A DNA stretch of 64,000 bases from Chrysomallon squamiferum (GCA_012295275.1 CM022667.1:5084001-5148000); one strand, 5' to 3'; counted from the stretch's first letter, positions 1 to 14,445 are shown. Made by a program: numbers and translations. The notes: generated from the letters alone by a model not told the origin.

Positions 1-117
1 ATAAAAATACATTTTTGATTATTTTGTCTTTTTTTCTGAATGGTAATATTTTTAATTACACTCTGAGACTGATTTTTTTTTTGTTTTTTAATTGTTATCT
101 TTAGTGTCATGAGCAAT

Positions 118-148
<31 letters not shown>

Positions 149-974
149 AAAAATATATATATTGCAGCTATATATAATATAGAAATACCTAATTTATGTG
201 ACAACACTAAGTTTTAAAATTTAGTCATTGGAAATTACTTGTATTATCTTAAAATATTAATATCTAACAAGTAACAAAATGGTGTGGATGAATATGCCAA
301 ACCATTTGTTTTTCAAAGATGATGTAATATCAATAATCAAATGCGATTCATTATGAATATGACTTTTCTGTTGTAAATAATTTTATTAATTAAGCGAACC
401 AAACTTAACATTTCATTGTCATGATTGTGTTGTTATGTTGTTATGTTATGTTACATTTATTATATTAAGTTATTTCGTATTTGTTTTGTTTCTTCCTTCC
501 TAGCTTTATTTATTTATTTAATCTATGAATGAGTAACTGTTTTACTTTTTGTTTTGAACTGATTATCAATATCATTATGATTACAGAATTTACTTACTTA
601 TCTGTGGTTTCCTGTATTTCAAAGTATCATCAAATTATCAATCACAAACAAAAATACGTTCATACGTTTGTAGCAACAGCCTGTCTGGCCCTCCTTTGAT
701 AGCTCTGTCTATATATACACAAAATCCAACACGAACAACAACAGTACGACAAAAACGTCACGTTCCTTCCACTTTCATCAGATTCCTTTTACAGTTTTAG
801 CGCTGTCAGTATGACGCAGCGATTTAAAACAAAAACAAAAATAAATACTTTTTGATTGAAATAATATAAATGTTTGAATTGTTAATCTTTCTAAGAGGTG
901 TACATAGTCAATTTTGTGACTTTGACTGATTATTAGTACTTACTTCGAAAATGATGCAAAAGCTAGTTTTAAAA

Positions 975-1370
975 TAGATTGGTACTCTGATTTCCTTATT
1001 CAACTTAATACGCTTAAGTCAGGACCTAAAATCATGTACACGATTGGTTACTATATGGTAAGAGCGCTAAATCTGGTTGTTTGTTTCATTTCTTTTACTG
1101 ATTCGCTGTGGTTTTGTTTTTCGGATAATTGTGTACTACTATTAGGTTAGCTTTTATTCTGTTAAGAAGTATTAAATGGAAAATTAGTAACAAATAATAA
1201 TCCGTATTTTAGGGTTTATCTATCATTATTCAAAACTCTATTTATATGGAGGAATATAGAAACAAAAACAATATCTAAAAATATTGACCAATCATATTGT
1301 TAGTCTCTCTTAACATTTTGAAATGAAAGTGCAGTTTGGATTGGTTAAACTTGGGTAATGCGGGAAGATT
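975..1370 (+). promoter_or_regulatory. Putative G2/M-type promoter of TPX2 (CCAAT boxes, CHR-like TTTGAA, E2F/CDE-like GCGGGAA)
   Basis: ATTGG/CCAAT at ~978, ~1043, ~1288 and ~1340; TTTGAA at ~1317; GCGGGAA at ~1360, just upstream of the ATG at 1402. Confidence 0.4.
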
Positions 1371-1401
1371 AGAAACATTGCCGTTTATTCAAAATCTAGC
1401 A

Positions 1402-4400
1402 ATGGATGAAGTACCTTGGGATTACAATTGTCCGCAGTATGTAGACTTTAGTCAGCCGCAACCCATGGATGATGGGGCTGACAAATGGTTTGGTGAGAGT
1501 TATATTAGTGTACAATTGTATAAATATTTAAATAGGTGTGTAAAAGTCTTGTAATACACAAGTTCGTGAATCCATGGCGGACAAAAACTTATTTGAAAAT
1601 GATGATCTTAAACAAATTTATATTGTTTGAAATCGGACCTCATTGAATATCAGATATGCCAGGCGATCTCTTTTTTATGTAAATATAATTTTAAAAAATC
1701 GGCACTATTTAACGTATTCAGGTACTCAGTTTTCTTTAAAATTTAAATAAGAAAGATTTCATAAAGATTCAAATTCAAATATGAATCTTTAAATCTATCA
1801 GAATCAGAATAATCTTTTATAAATATAATGCATTAACTGATTAAGATTAATGTTACATTGATCTTGTGATGAAATTTTAAAATAAAAGTCCTATTAATAT
1901 AGTATTATAATGGAAATATTTCACAAACTGATTAACTCAGATAATTGGGCCGATGATAAGGATATAGATATTAATCAGCAAGCAACGTTCATGAAATCAG
2001 AAACGGATGAGAATGAGCCACCGTCAAACCTGGATCGCATTAGTCAAGGTTATTTTCCTAATTTGCAGTGATACAATATTTGTTTTCATATTCAAACATA
2101 CTTGCATTTGATTGTTATTTATTTCTGTTATGTCTCAAACAACTAATTGTTTTTATATGTAAATATAAAAGTGAACTTTACTTGTCATTTTGAAGATATC
2201 GATTTAAAATTAAATAAATAAAAAAAAAAAAACTGTTAAGAAATTTGTTTTAAGTTTGCTTTGTATATCAACAACACAATGAAATAAGAATATTTAATAA
2301 AAAATTCTATTCAGTATTTGTAATAAAGAACATTCGATAAAAAAAAAATTCTATTCATTATTTGTAATAAAGAATATTTAATAAAAGAAAAAAGAAATTC
2401 TAATAAGTATTTGTAATAAAGATTATTTAATAAAAAAAAAAAAAAAAAAATTCTAATAAGTATTTGTAATAAAGAATATTTAATTAAAAATTTGTTGTAT
2501 TTGTTTGTAAGAGAATACAGTTATTAATGTATTTCAGAACTGAAATCGAGTGCAACTTTGCCCAAATCAATCACACAAGATGAGCCTGTACCAATGGCTG
2601 CTCCAAAAAACCTGCGGACAGACATAAAGACTTTCATGACGGAAAAGAAAACTGCAGCCAGAGAGGTTAAACCAAAAGTGTAAGACTTCCTCTGTATCAG
2701 ATTTTCATTGTTTGCCTTCAAATCTTTATCACTGAGTAAATATACATGGTTTAGTAGTTAGTTTTTTCATTTTGCTGGTTTTGAATAAGGTCAGGTATTT
2801 CAAATGATTCAAATTCATTTGGTGATAAACCAAACACAACAGGTTGTGACAGTGTTTGATGTTAAATGGTAACTTGGGTTTATTTCTTTGCATCTGTTTT
2901 AAGTTCATTTCTTGTTTGATGTACACATTTTAAAAATAATTATTGTAATTATATTGAGAAGAGTACATACAGTTGTTTCACAGATAGAGTGGCTGTATAT
3001 TGGATGATACAGGAATAAGGAAATGGTGAACAAAATATTAAATAAAATCACATTGATGATGTGGATTTACAATGAACATTGTTATTAAGTTAACATTTTC
3101 AGTTCTGTCACAGAGTAAAAGAGAACTGCTGCTTTACATTTGAAGAAAATTGCAACTTCATACTTTTTTTAAAATTGTTTTTTCAGTGTGAAGCCAATCA
3201 GACGTACAAACTCGCTGAACCAGGGAAAGACTTGCGGAATGTCGCGTAGATCAGGAGGTTCAGACAACGGGGATAAAACCGATACGAGTAAGAAACCTGT
3301 TAAGAAAGTGATGCCAGTAAAAAGATTCAACTCCGCAACGAACCTGACATCTCTGAACACATCAAACGACTCGGCCAGGAAGAGGCCGCACACGCGAGGA
3401 TTCTCTGGCGAGGTGAAAGAAGACGCAAAACCAAACTCTTCAAATTCATCTCGGCCACCAAGCAAAATGCCTAAGTTAATGGCACCCTCAGCTCCTTCCT
3501 TCATGACGTAAGTTTGCTGTGACAATTCTGCTTTCAGATTTCTTACACTTTTTATTTGATATGAGAACATGCACTCATTCTTTGAGTTCTTTTTTCTAAG
3601 CATCATGTTAATCTTAACGTTGTGAGTTATAATCCTTAATCAAGGCCTTTTTTCTCTAGTGTGCCTTATTTTACTTATATGGTTGGTACTATTTCTAAAC
3701 TTTGGTTATCGTTGAGATTCAGTATTTTCTTTATAAGCATGGTTTCAATGTTTTAATAAAGAGTTGAAAAGTAATTTTTGAGATACGGAAAATAATTTTT
3801 GTTATGGATTAAAAGTTATCACTCTGTTGTTGTTGTGTTTTTCAAGCCGGAACATGGCTGCCAATTCAAAGAAGGTGTTGAGTTGTGAGGAGAGAGAGAT
3901 GGAGGAGATTGCTAACTTCAAACGTCAGCTGGCGATGAAGCGAAAGCAGGCGAACGAGTCTTTGAAACAGGTGAAGAGGTCGGTGGGGTACAAGCCTGCA
4001 GAGTCGCAGATGAGAACAACAGTGCCGTTAGATTTTAACTTCAAAACTGACTCGCGGATAAAGAAACAGAGCACAGAGTCAGACACTGCGACAGCAACAA
4101 CAACAACAAACACAGACTTTGTCAGGATGCTGCGTTCATTTGACCACTCAGCGTCTGAGGTACAACTTTTTACTTGTGTGGGATGTTTTTTGTTGTTTGG
4201 TATCTCTTTTTTCATTTATTTAAACAAATATTTATACAAATTTAAAATTCTGCAGGATTATAATTTACATGTAATTGTGGTTTTAATGAATTTCAGACAC
4301 TGCATTGTTTATTGATGTTTGTCTGCATTGAGTGACAAGAGCTCAGAATTACCAGATCTTTATTGTTTTCTCAACAAAATAATTAATATTAAAGGAGAGA

Positions 4401-6675
4401 AACAAAATAATGAGCTGTATATATAATATAAATATATTTTAGTAAAATATGTTTTTTCTATTAGTTAATAAAAGCTAGCCTTGCTATGACAAATTAGGTT
4501 TATGTTTATCAAGTTGTGAGGGTCAGTACTGCTGTTCTTGTAAGTATAGCGGGACACTGACAGAAACAAGATGTAAAGTTTAAACTGGATTATTGTCTGC
4601 CTGTTTCAGTCCACTGGACCGAAGCCGCTGACAAAGCCTCAGCCGTTCAAACTGTCGAGTGGAACGAGGAAAAGATCTTCAACCTCCGAGGAGCAACCCT
4701 GTGAGAAGTTTGTTACAGTCGCAGAGAAAGTGAGAGCTTTCCAGAACAAAACGCCCGAACGATTCAGACGAGTTCCTAAGAGTAAGTTTTTTAGTTTTTG
4801 GAGTTATTTTGTTTACTAACATTTAGTTGAAATTATATATTTATTTATTTATTAGTGTTTATTTGCTGATAATAGATCCTCATACAGCTTAAAATGAAAA
4901 CAAATGCACAACTTTTGTGAAGCTTGTATGATCCTCTGTCTTTCTGTCATCTTGATTTTTGGGTGGGTTTTTTTCAGGTTCTAAATAATCACTGGTCTTC
5001 TGTTAATATCTTGACCTGATTTCAACATATTTATCAGAGTTTTTCAAAGTTTACTCCTTTTCTTACTTTTAAACAAAATATGTTGTGAGGGAAAAATAGT
5101 TATAATTTGTATTTTTTGGTAATTTTCATCAGAATATGAGGAGAAGAAATTTGAGCCTAAGATGACAGTTGCTGTGACTCCCAAGTTGTCGACGCGGTGC
5201 AGGACAAGATCGGTGAAGATCCCCAGTCAGAAGGAGCTGGAGGAGATGGAAGTGGACGAGATGAAAAAGTCAGTGTTTTTTCTTTCTCTAGCTTTTAGAT
5301 CAGACAGTATTAACTGAACTATTTGTTTGTATTAATAATTTACAACGTCAGAGTCGCGCGTTTCTGTCGTCAGTGGTAAAATGTAACTTGACTGCAGTAC
5401 AGAAGTGGAATAATGGCTGCTTCCCTGTCAGGTCTTTTCATGTGATGAGCAGCTGTGTGAATACCACCTTCTGGTGTCCAGGGAACAGGCTAAAGGATGT
5501 GCTTAAAATGATCATTTTTCTAATCAGTTGCATCTGTGGGTAATTCAAATGCAGAAATAAAAGATTCCTGTAAAAGTAGACATGCCACTTGAAGTGAAAA
5601 GGATTGTTCAGTTTATGAACTTCATTTTAGTTGGGATTGTGTAAGTTTTTGTTTAATATCTCAGTGTGTACATAATAAGTGTCTTCTCTTTTCTCACAGG
5701 AACCAGTTCAAAGCACACGAACTGAACACAAAAATTTTACAGCATCCAAACATAGGCGTGCCAAAAATTGCAGTGAAACCCCCCACAGAAATAAAGGAGT
5801 TTAATTTGTGCCCCACTAAAAAAAAAGATCAACAGGACGTCGAAGAAAAACATGAGTTTCATGCTAATCCTTTACCTAAAAAAATTCTTGAGCACACTGT
5901 GGTAATTTGATTATATTTACTGAAATCGAGACCAAAACAATCTTAATTATAATGTTTCAGTAATCACTCTTATTATGTGATATTTGAAATATTAGATAGG
6001 TTTGGAGCAGTTTTATAAAGAATAATGAATTTTAACAAAAAATATTTTTTCTCTTTTTATTACTATTTAAGACATTTTATAAGCAAGAACTAGTAACTGT
6101 CTATATCAGTTTATGAGTAAAGTCTTAATAATAGCCTGTGTTAGAGTTAAGAATAAGGGTTAGTGTTTGTGTCAGACTTATGAGTAAGTCTTAGTGATAG
6201 TCTTTGTCAGAATTGTGAATAAATCTTAGTCTGTCAAAGTTAGTGTTATTTACAAGTTTTGTAGTCTGTCAAGTTGTTATTTACAAGTTAGTGTTATTTA
6301 CAAGTTGTTTTGTGTTATTTGCAAGTTTTGTTGTGTTGTTTGAAGGGGGTGAAAGCTGCTAAAGTGCTTCCTGTCACTGTTCCGCAGTCTCCTGCGTTTG
6401 CCCTGAAGAGCCGAGTGCGTCTGCCAGTTGAAATTCCTGATGAGAAGGTAAAGTACTTTTATTTATCTGAGAAACCTCTGCCTCTAGCTAGAGAGCCCAA
6501 AGTGAACACAGTGAAACAACCGTCCTCCTTCATTTGTAGTGGAAGAAAAACCTAGTGATTTCTTTTGTTAATGCTGTACCTATATATTACTTGTGAGAAG
6601 AAAAAAAAAAAAAGGAATAGAAATACAGATAGATACACAAATGGATTGGTAGGTAGATAATAGATGGATGGATAG

Positions 6676-6716
<41 letters not shown>

Positions 6717-8668
6717 AAAGCTACAGTGCTTCTTTTTCACTTTTACCATTGTTGATGACTTTATTATTGTTTTCTGTTCTTCTTACAGAATGAGTCGGCT
6801 GTATCAATAAAAGTCCATCCAGTGCCACATGTTGGTATCCCGTTCCAACCCAAGATATCTCACAATCACACTGTCCCCGAACCGTTCACGTTTGAGGAGC
6901 GCAACAAGCAGCTGCTGCAGAAGAGAGAGGAGAAGGTGAAGCAGATACTGGAAGAGGAGGCAAAGGTGACAGCATTTTTACATTATCAGCTGACTCTGTC
7001 ATTTGTCTCTTGTGTGTGGTAGTCTGTGATACAACACAACCAGACTTCCTGTTACACTTTGTGTTATCACGTATCTGGCAGTTTGTTTACACTTTGGAGC
7101 TCATTTTTAGCTTTGTTTAATTAAAAGATTTCTAATTTATATTACAGTAATTACACTTTTACAAAGTGGGATATAAATATTTTTCAGATGTCTAGGTTGG
7201 GGCAGAGAGCTAAAACAGGTTGGGAAACCACTGCTGTGTTGTCTGTCTTCTGCCATTTCTGTTTTGTCTCTTTCTCTCAGTCTGTCATTTCTCTTTGATC
7301 ATCCCACTTACAGACACTGTACAAAAAGGAATACAGTTCTTAGACCACGTGATTAATACTGCCTGTAGATGCACACTGACTATTATTTCAATGATTCTGT
7401 AGGCCAAAGAATTCCGAGCTCACCCAATTCCGTGGATGGATGCACCAGTAGGTCTGCCTCCAAAGCAGGTGAAGGAGGCGACGAAGCCGGAGCCGTTTGA
7501 TTTGAAAGTTGACAGCAGAGGAGCCAAGCGAGCCGAGGAGTGGAGGCAGCAGGTAAATGTAGGAAACTTACTTTTCTTAACAGCGAATCTTCATTTACAG
7601 GACACATTAAATGTGTTGTGTGTGTGTGCGTGCACTCATATGATCAAAACAGAACGGTATACATATCTACATTTTAATGCATTATGTCAAATATTATTTA
7701 AGTTTTTAGATGTTAAACTTGTATTATGAATGGTGTTGTGCTAATTGTTGGATTTTAAAAAACCCAGATAAAACTAATGTTAAAAAAATTTGAAAACAGT
7801 TGCTGTTTTTTGTTCTTCTGCTTTAATTTTTTCTTTTTTTTTTTTTTGTTGTTGTTTAAATCATTAAAAAGTTAATGTTAAAGTAAAAATGCGGGTTTAA
7901 ATTGGAAAGTGATGTATTTGAAATACTTTTTTTTACTTGTTTGAGATGCCTTGTGTGAGGAATACTGATGTGGTTTTTATGAAACAGATTGAGGAGGAGC
8001 TGAATGAACAAAGAAATGCTAAAATCTTCCACGCACGACCAGCTGCGGTGGTGAAACAAGAACCGTTTATTCCTGAGAGATCACACAGACCACTCACAGG
8101 TACGTTTGTGTCTCTTCACATCACCTCTGCAGGTTTTTTCTGAGAAATACTTTATTGAAAAAGAATTATAAAAATAAAATAATAAAAAATTTAAATTAAA
8201 ATCATGTAATAGTCAGTGATAATGCAATTTTTTTTAAAAACAATATTCCATCTTGTTCTTAGACATTTTTTTTTTTTTTTTCTGTTGCCTTTAACAGTTT
8301 ATAAACCTGTTACAAAATTACGTTAAAGTTTAGTTTTGTCTACGTGTATTTATCACTGGTGTAATTTCTACCTTTCAGAGGTGAGTCCATTTGATCTCAA
8401 CACTGACCGCAGGGCCATTGAACGAGAGGAATTTGAGCAGCACAAAAAGGCCAGAGAGGCTGAGCTGGAGGCCGAGTACAGACAGCAGGTGAAGAGGAAG
8501 GAAGAGGAGGAGAAGGCGGCCATTGCTAAACTCCGCGCAGAGATGGTGCACAAGTCGAACCCCGTCAAGAAGTACTGTCCAGTGATCCTGCACGAGAGTG
8601 ACAAGCCTCTCACCCAGCCCATGTCTCCCAGGTTCTCTGACAGGCTCAGGTCTAAAGTTAGAATGTGA
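1402..8668 (+). CDS. TPX2: Targeting protein for Xklp2 (spindle assembly factor), 13 coding exons
   Basis: Exons approx. 1402-1492, 1941-2048, 2538-2679, 3188-3507, 3847-4159, 4610-4781, 5133-5268, 5700-5901, 6346-6447, 6789-6965, 7403-7552, 7988-8099, 8379-8668, all with GT/AG boundaries. N-terminal WDYNCPQYVDF..DGADKWF resembles the Aurora-A-binding motif. Repeated FKA/FHANPLP/FHARP, PVTVPQSPAF and TVPEPFTF motifs. C-terminal LRAEMVHKSNPVKKY...SDKPLTQPMSPRFSDRLR is typical of the TPX2 domain. Confidence 0.93.
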
Positions 8669-10716
8669 AAAAAATGAAAAATTTCAAGAACGAAAAATTC
8701 TAAAGTGACTAACGAAGTTGATGGTTTAGTGGACGTGTCAGAAGGATTGTTCAGCGACGGAGATTCTCAAACAGATTTGGTTTTTTATATCAGATTTTTA
8801 AAGTGACGAACACAAGTGAGATCTGGAAGACAATGTACTGACGTTGTTTCTTGACATTGTTTTTAAAAATGTCACGGTTGACTTCTAATTGTGTGACGAT
8901 TTTTAATGACTTCATTTTCCTTATTTAAATTATAAAGGTACGCAAGGTTGCATTATAAAGGAGTTTAATACATTATGCATAGTGAGAAATATTTCCAGCT
9001 GATCTTTGTCCTCTGGTCACCTGTTTTAAATATAATACTAACAGATAATGAGTGACAGAACAGTTGTGTGTCAGCAAAATACACTTCATGTAGTTTAGAC
9101 TCTTTAATAAACACTGAATTTTAATGCATACATTCGATACTGAAGCACTCGCAGTCAACATAAAATAACCAGTGTAATAGAAACAGTATAAATCTTTTGT
9201 GACTTCTGAAATGGTTTTATCAGTGATAATGTAGCTTATGTTGCAAACAGAGAGAGTATAATGTTCACACAGTGTTGGACATCTTCATTAACATTTGTGT
9301 GTCATTGCTTTAAAAATAGAAATAATTTTAAATGTAGAATTATAAAAAACCCGAAAACAATTCCAAGTAGATTATGTACATGTCTACAGAAGATAGTTAG
9401 GTGACTGATACAGTAAAATGGACAGGTAACAACACATTTCATCAGCACCACAAATCTGGGAACATGTCCACTGACATCACCAGACTGAATGAAAAAACAA
9501 CAAACATCTACAACAGCCTATCCATTTTAAATTAATATCTTACTGTACTTCACATCTCTGTATTATTTAATTGTATGTATCATTCCAGTCTCTCTCTCTC
9601 CTCTTGTACATCATTCATTTACACTCAGATTACATTCTTGATTTTGTGTCTGACTGAAAGCATTTCTTTTCAAAAATATGTTTCTAAAATATTCACTTTA
9701 CACAAGCAACATTATACTATGTATATAATAAAATTAGGAATAAAACCTATTTTCAAAAAGTTTGATTTTATTTTTATGTTTTATTATTATTATTTTTTTT
9801 CTCAGTGAATTTCTTGTTTTCTGTTTGTGATTTAATTGATGGATGCCTGTTATTATTTTTAAGTATAAATTTTACTACTTTGTATAATCACAGTTTGAAT
9901 AAATTATTGTACAGTTCTTGTTTCATAATTTTTTTGTTAACAGAGGAGTTGGGCAGTTAATAAATTATTTATCTGCTTCATGATTTTATTACCTTTTACT
10001 TTTATAGAATGATTATATACATCATTACGTGTACACAGACATGAGACAACAATTATCCAATTGCAAAACTTGGAATTACATATTTTTTTAACTTCAGTGG
10101 ATGTTTTTATCAGTTATTTGGGGTATTTAAAATAAAAACGATATTTGTGTTAATTAAAATGGGTAATAAATTTCAAATAAAGATCTGTTGTGTTTACGTT
10201 TAACAAAACATGCACGATTTTCTTTAACAGACGAAAGTATTGGTTTCTCAAGTTTCCTGTTGTAACCTATGTCCTTCCTGTTAATCGAAAAAACTTCCCA
10301 CTGTAGTGTCCGACGGTATCAGTTATTCCTCCTTTGTCATGTATTTTTAAAGTTATAAATATCTAAACTGCTGGACATCCTAATTATATCTACATTTAAT
10401 TTATCTTGTTTTCTTAACTTTAGAACTGACACCCTTGTGTCACTGCACTTATTTTGGAGTTCTTATTATTAACTTTGTATGAATAATTAACTAATAAATC
10501 TTATGGCGGATATCATGAGTTACTTCCCTTTTGTACTGTCCTTTCTCGATTAAAGATTACACAATCAATTGCTAATATTGATTTCAGTATTGTTGCAATA
10601 TAGCAGCCAGCAATAAAGCATTGTTAAAATCAGATGGTATCTATACATTAAAATGTTTTTAATTACTATTAACAGACGATAGAATGTCATTGTTAATAAA
10701 GCGAGCTTTAGCCGAA

Positions 10717-10811
10717 GCCTCGGTAGCGCAGTAGGCAGCGCGTCAGTCTCATAATCACAAAAACGTAAAAGAGCGATCTGAAGGTCGTGAGTTCGATCCT
10801 CACCCGGGGCA
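10717..10811 (+). tRNA. Elongator tRNA-Met(CAT) with a 22-nt intron at the canonical 37/38 position
   Basis: GCCTCGGTAGCGCAGTAGGCAGCGCGTCAGTCT-CAT-A [intron 10754-10775 ATCACAAAAACGTAAAAGAGCG] ATCTGAAGGTCGTGAGTTCGATCCTCACCCGGGGCA. The spliced form is nearly identical to metazoan elongator tRNA-Met, with intact A and B boxes. Confidence 0.93.
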
Positions 10812-10812
10812 C

Positions 10813-10828
10813 TTTTTTTTTTTTTTTT
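10813..10828 (+). terminator. RNA polymerase III oligo-T terminator of the tRNA-Met
   Basis: Long T run immediately after the tRNA 3' end. Confidence 0.75.
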
Positions 10829-10979
10829 CTTCTTTACTTACTTTAAACACACATTATAGTTTACTTTTTATTGATATTTAAATTTATTATTAGTATTTTG
10901 TTTTCACATTTTAATAATATTATTAATCGGATACACATACACACATATATACAACAACAATAAAAAAAATATATAAATA

Positions 10980-11071
10980 CCCCCCGAGTGAGGCTCCACC
11001 TCATGACTTTCAGATTTCTCTGTCAGATAGTTATTATGAGACTGACAGGCTGTCTATTGCGTTATCGAGGC
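10980..11071 (-). pseudogene. Degenerate inverted tRNA-Met(CAT) copy with a different 19-nt intron
   Basis: Reverse complement reads GCCTCGATAACGCAATAGACAGCCTGTCAGTCTCATA[ATAACTATCTGACAGAGAA]ATCTGAAAGTCATGAGGTGGAGCCTCACTCGGGGG. Several G>A changes; B box GTTCGA is mutated to GGTGGA. Confidence 0.8.
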
Positions 11072-11361
11072 GTTATGATGAGACTGGTTTTAAAAAAAAA
11101 AAAAACATTTTTCTTACATCACTATGCAACAACTACTTCTCTTTTTCCTACTTTCTTGCTGCTAATACAATCACCAACACGTGAGCATTCCCATGCACAA
11201 ATTCATGATGTAAAAATAACATGAAAACATAATTAAACTAATTAATTCAATGAAAAGAACTGGTTTATAATTTTCATTAAATAACACTCGTAATACACAT
11301 TACAGTAGCAACACTTGGCTATAATTATAAGATAATGTAAATGTGTCATATTAATATATTT

Positions 11362-11485
<124 letters not shown>

Positions 11486-11538
11486 CTGTTTGTGTGTTTG
11501 TAAAACTACACGTGTACACAGGTAAGAAAGTCACGTTG

Positions 11539-13641
11539 TTACGTCAGGTAAGAAGGCCGAGGTGTTGACTTTGCGATCACCGGGCAGGTTTCTGATGTCT
11601 GGAAAAAAAAAAAAAAAAAAAAGTAATTAACAATTAATAATATATAAAATAAACATAATTAAGAAAGGGGAAAAAAAAAACTTAATCTTATTATTATTCT
11701 GTAATCTTAAAACTCTAAAACAGAACACTGAACAACAAGATACGCTGAAAATAATTTACAATACTTGCGTCCGTGCTGTATACTTATATGTATAAATAAA
11801 TGTGTTTATATTCTACCTTTGTCTCTGTGGATACCTGTGCGTGCGTGCGTGTGTGTGTGTGTGTGTGTGTGCGCATATTTGTAAATATGTTTATTTATGT
11901 ATATGTGTATGTATGTACGCGTGTGTTTTTATAATGTGTCTATTGTACGTAGACAGGTAGGTAGGCTGGCAGGCACGCTTACGTTTCTCGAAATACACAC
12001 CTCATTAATTCTAATGTATATAAGTCGTCTTCTTCTTAGAATGACTAAAACGCAAATCAGTGAAAAGAAAACAATACATCCGACAAATATTCCTGCTATC
12101 GTCCCAGGCGACAGGCCACAACCACGACTTTCATCTGAGCCGTCACCGCAGTCGTCGAAGCCGTTGCACGTTAGTGCCGTGTCGATGCAACGGTCGTTGT
12201 TGCAGTGGAATCGGTAACTAGGACAACTTCCTGTGTAATAAACAGTTTGTACATAATTCTATCACTGGTCAGTCACTGGTCAGTCACTGGGTTTTACTTG
12301 TCTATCACTGGTCTATCACTGGTCTATCGCTAGTCTATCACTGATCTATCACTGGTCTATCACTGATCTATCTCTAGTCTATCACTGATCTATCTCTAGT
12401 CTATCACTGATCTATCACTGGTCTATCTCTAGTCTATCACTGATCTATTACTTTCTATCTCTAGTCTATCACTTTCTATCTCTAGTCTATCACTGATCTA
12501 TCTCTAGTCTATCACTGATCTATCTCTAATCTATCACTGATTTATCTCTAGTCTATCACTTTCTATCTCTAGTCTATCACTTTTTATCTCTAGTCTATCA
12601 CTTTCTATCTCTTGTCTGTCACTGATCTATCTCTAGTCTGTCACTGATCTATCTCTAGTCTATCACTTTCTATCTCTAGTCTGTCACTGATCTTTCTCTA
12701 GTCTATTACTTTCTATCACTAGTCTGTCACTGATCTATCTCTAGTCTATCACTGGTATATCACTGATCTATCACTGATCTGTCACTGGTCAGTTCTGCAA
12801 TATAAATGTATGCTACTCACCGTTGTTGCCTCGGTTGAAACTAGTTACCAGTATGTCGAAGTGTCCGTACTGAACTGAGCCGTCTGTAGTAAACACAAAT
12901 TTTGCTCCTCCGCCTCGTGTTTCGTTCTTAACTCGTGTCACGTGTCCACAAATTAAACCTTCAGGTTGAACACGAAAAAGAAAGGAAAAGAGATGACAGC
13001 AACGATATAAAACACATAAAAAGTAACAGAGATAAAAAAAAAAAAGAATTAACAATAAAAAAAAAAAAAAAAAAAAAAATACCAAGAAGAAGATGAAATA
13101 TAAGAACAACAAAACCCATGCTATATAAACATAGCGGTAGCAGAAGACTATCCAGAATTTAAATAATTAACTAAATATAAATTTAAATAAAAAAATAAAA
13201 AAATAAAACAGAAATCTTTCTGAAGGAGTAGACCAACGCTGGTTGACTTCGTTTATGACAGTGATCATTTACGTAATGACATAGCGATTATGATTTAACT
13301 AGCTTTCTCACCAACGTCCTCTTTAATAAACTGCAGTACCTGTTATCGGTTGGCCATTATCGTTTGAAATCTGAAGACTGTTGCGTGTGCATCCCTTCCT
13401 GTACGCTGTGTTAAAAGAACGGAACTGAATGAGGAGCTCGTTTGAAGCGGACGTTGTGAGGTTCAGCCAGCAGCGCCAGTTCCGTGGCAAAGCGGAGTTG
13501 TTTTTACTCAGCCGAAGACGCACGTCTCTGGAAATTCTGATAGGAGGAGGAGGACGACTAGAACGTTTGCACTGTTTGTCAAAATAGTCTGTCAATATAA
13601 ATATAAATATATGGCGATAGAGAGAGAGAGAGAGAGACAGG

Positions 13642-13732
<91 letters not shown>

Positions 13733-13822
13733 GGAGACAGAAAGTGAGAGAAGACAGAGAGAGAGATAGAAAGATAGATAGATATACACACATATACACA
13801 CACGCAGAGGGAGGGAGGGAGG

Positions 13823-13872
<50 letters not shown>

Positions 13873-14177
13873 AGCTATAGAACACCCGAATATTCTCTAT
13901 GTTCAGAGTCTAATCAGACGTACATAACACATAGAATATTCAAGACCCTAAACTAAATACACACACATACATATGCATAGATACATAATACAAACATTAC
14001 ACATACATACATACCTATATGCATACATACATACACATATAAAAGAACATACATGTATGCGCGCATATTCTGCTTACACCCGTTACAAACACATTGTTAC
14101 TTACAGACAGCAGGCTTGTATCCATCTGTAACACAAAGGACGCAGAAGAAGAAACAGACAAATGTAACAACAGACAT
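11539..14177 (-). CDS. Single-pass membrane protein: signal peptide, CUB-like domain, LDL-receptor class A repeat, TM helix, short tail
   Basis: Exons 14177-14105 ([19 protein letters not shown]), 13588-13340, 12958-12821 (LICG...[27 protein letters not shown]-terminal half), 12230-12001 ([33 protein letters not shown] is LDLa; [25 protein letters not shown] is TM plus stop-transfer), 11598-11539. Phases join into one ORF. Confidence 0.85.
12258..12792. repeat. 11-bp minisatellite (TCTATCACTGA / TCTATCTCTAG variants) in an intron of the CUB-LDLa gene
   Basis: Direct tandem 11-mers visible in the sequence. Confidence 0.9.
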
Positions 14178-14337
14178 GATGAACACGACGTAGTATTACG
14201 ACGACCTGCAGTCGGTGTGTTTCAGTCAAGTTTCAAAGTATCTCGTGATGATGTGTTAATAATGAAGAAAGCAAAGGTTAATCACATGGAGATATCTAAT
14301 ACAGATTAGATGTATGTCTGTGTGTGGGTGTACATGT

Positions 14338-14379
<42 letters not shown>

Positions 14380-14398
14380 AGTGGGTGGGTGTGTGTGT

Positions 14399-14445
<47 letters not shown>

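Noticed and set aside
660-945. Possible divergent transcript upstream of TPX2 (minus-strand donor-like sites at ~943 and ~665 around a GC-richer segment)
   Set aside because: No ATG-initiated ORF or recognisable product could be built. It may be UTR exons of a neighbouring gene but cannot be supported from this window.
3169-8622. Antisense ORFs over TPX2 exons (3169-3606, 3925-4215, 8368-8622)
   Set aside because: Shadow ORFs of the coding strand with no independent gene signals.
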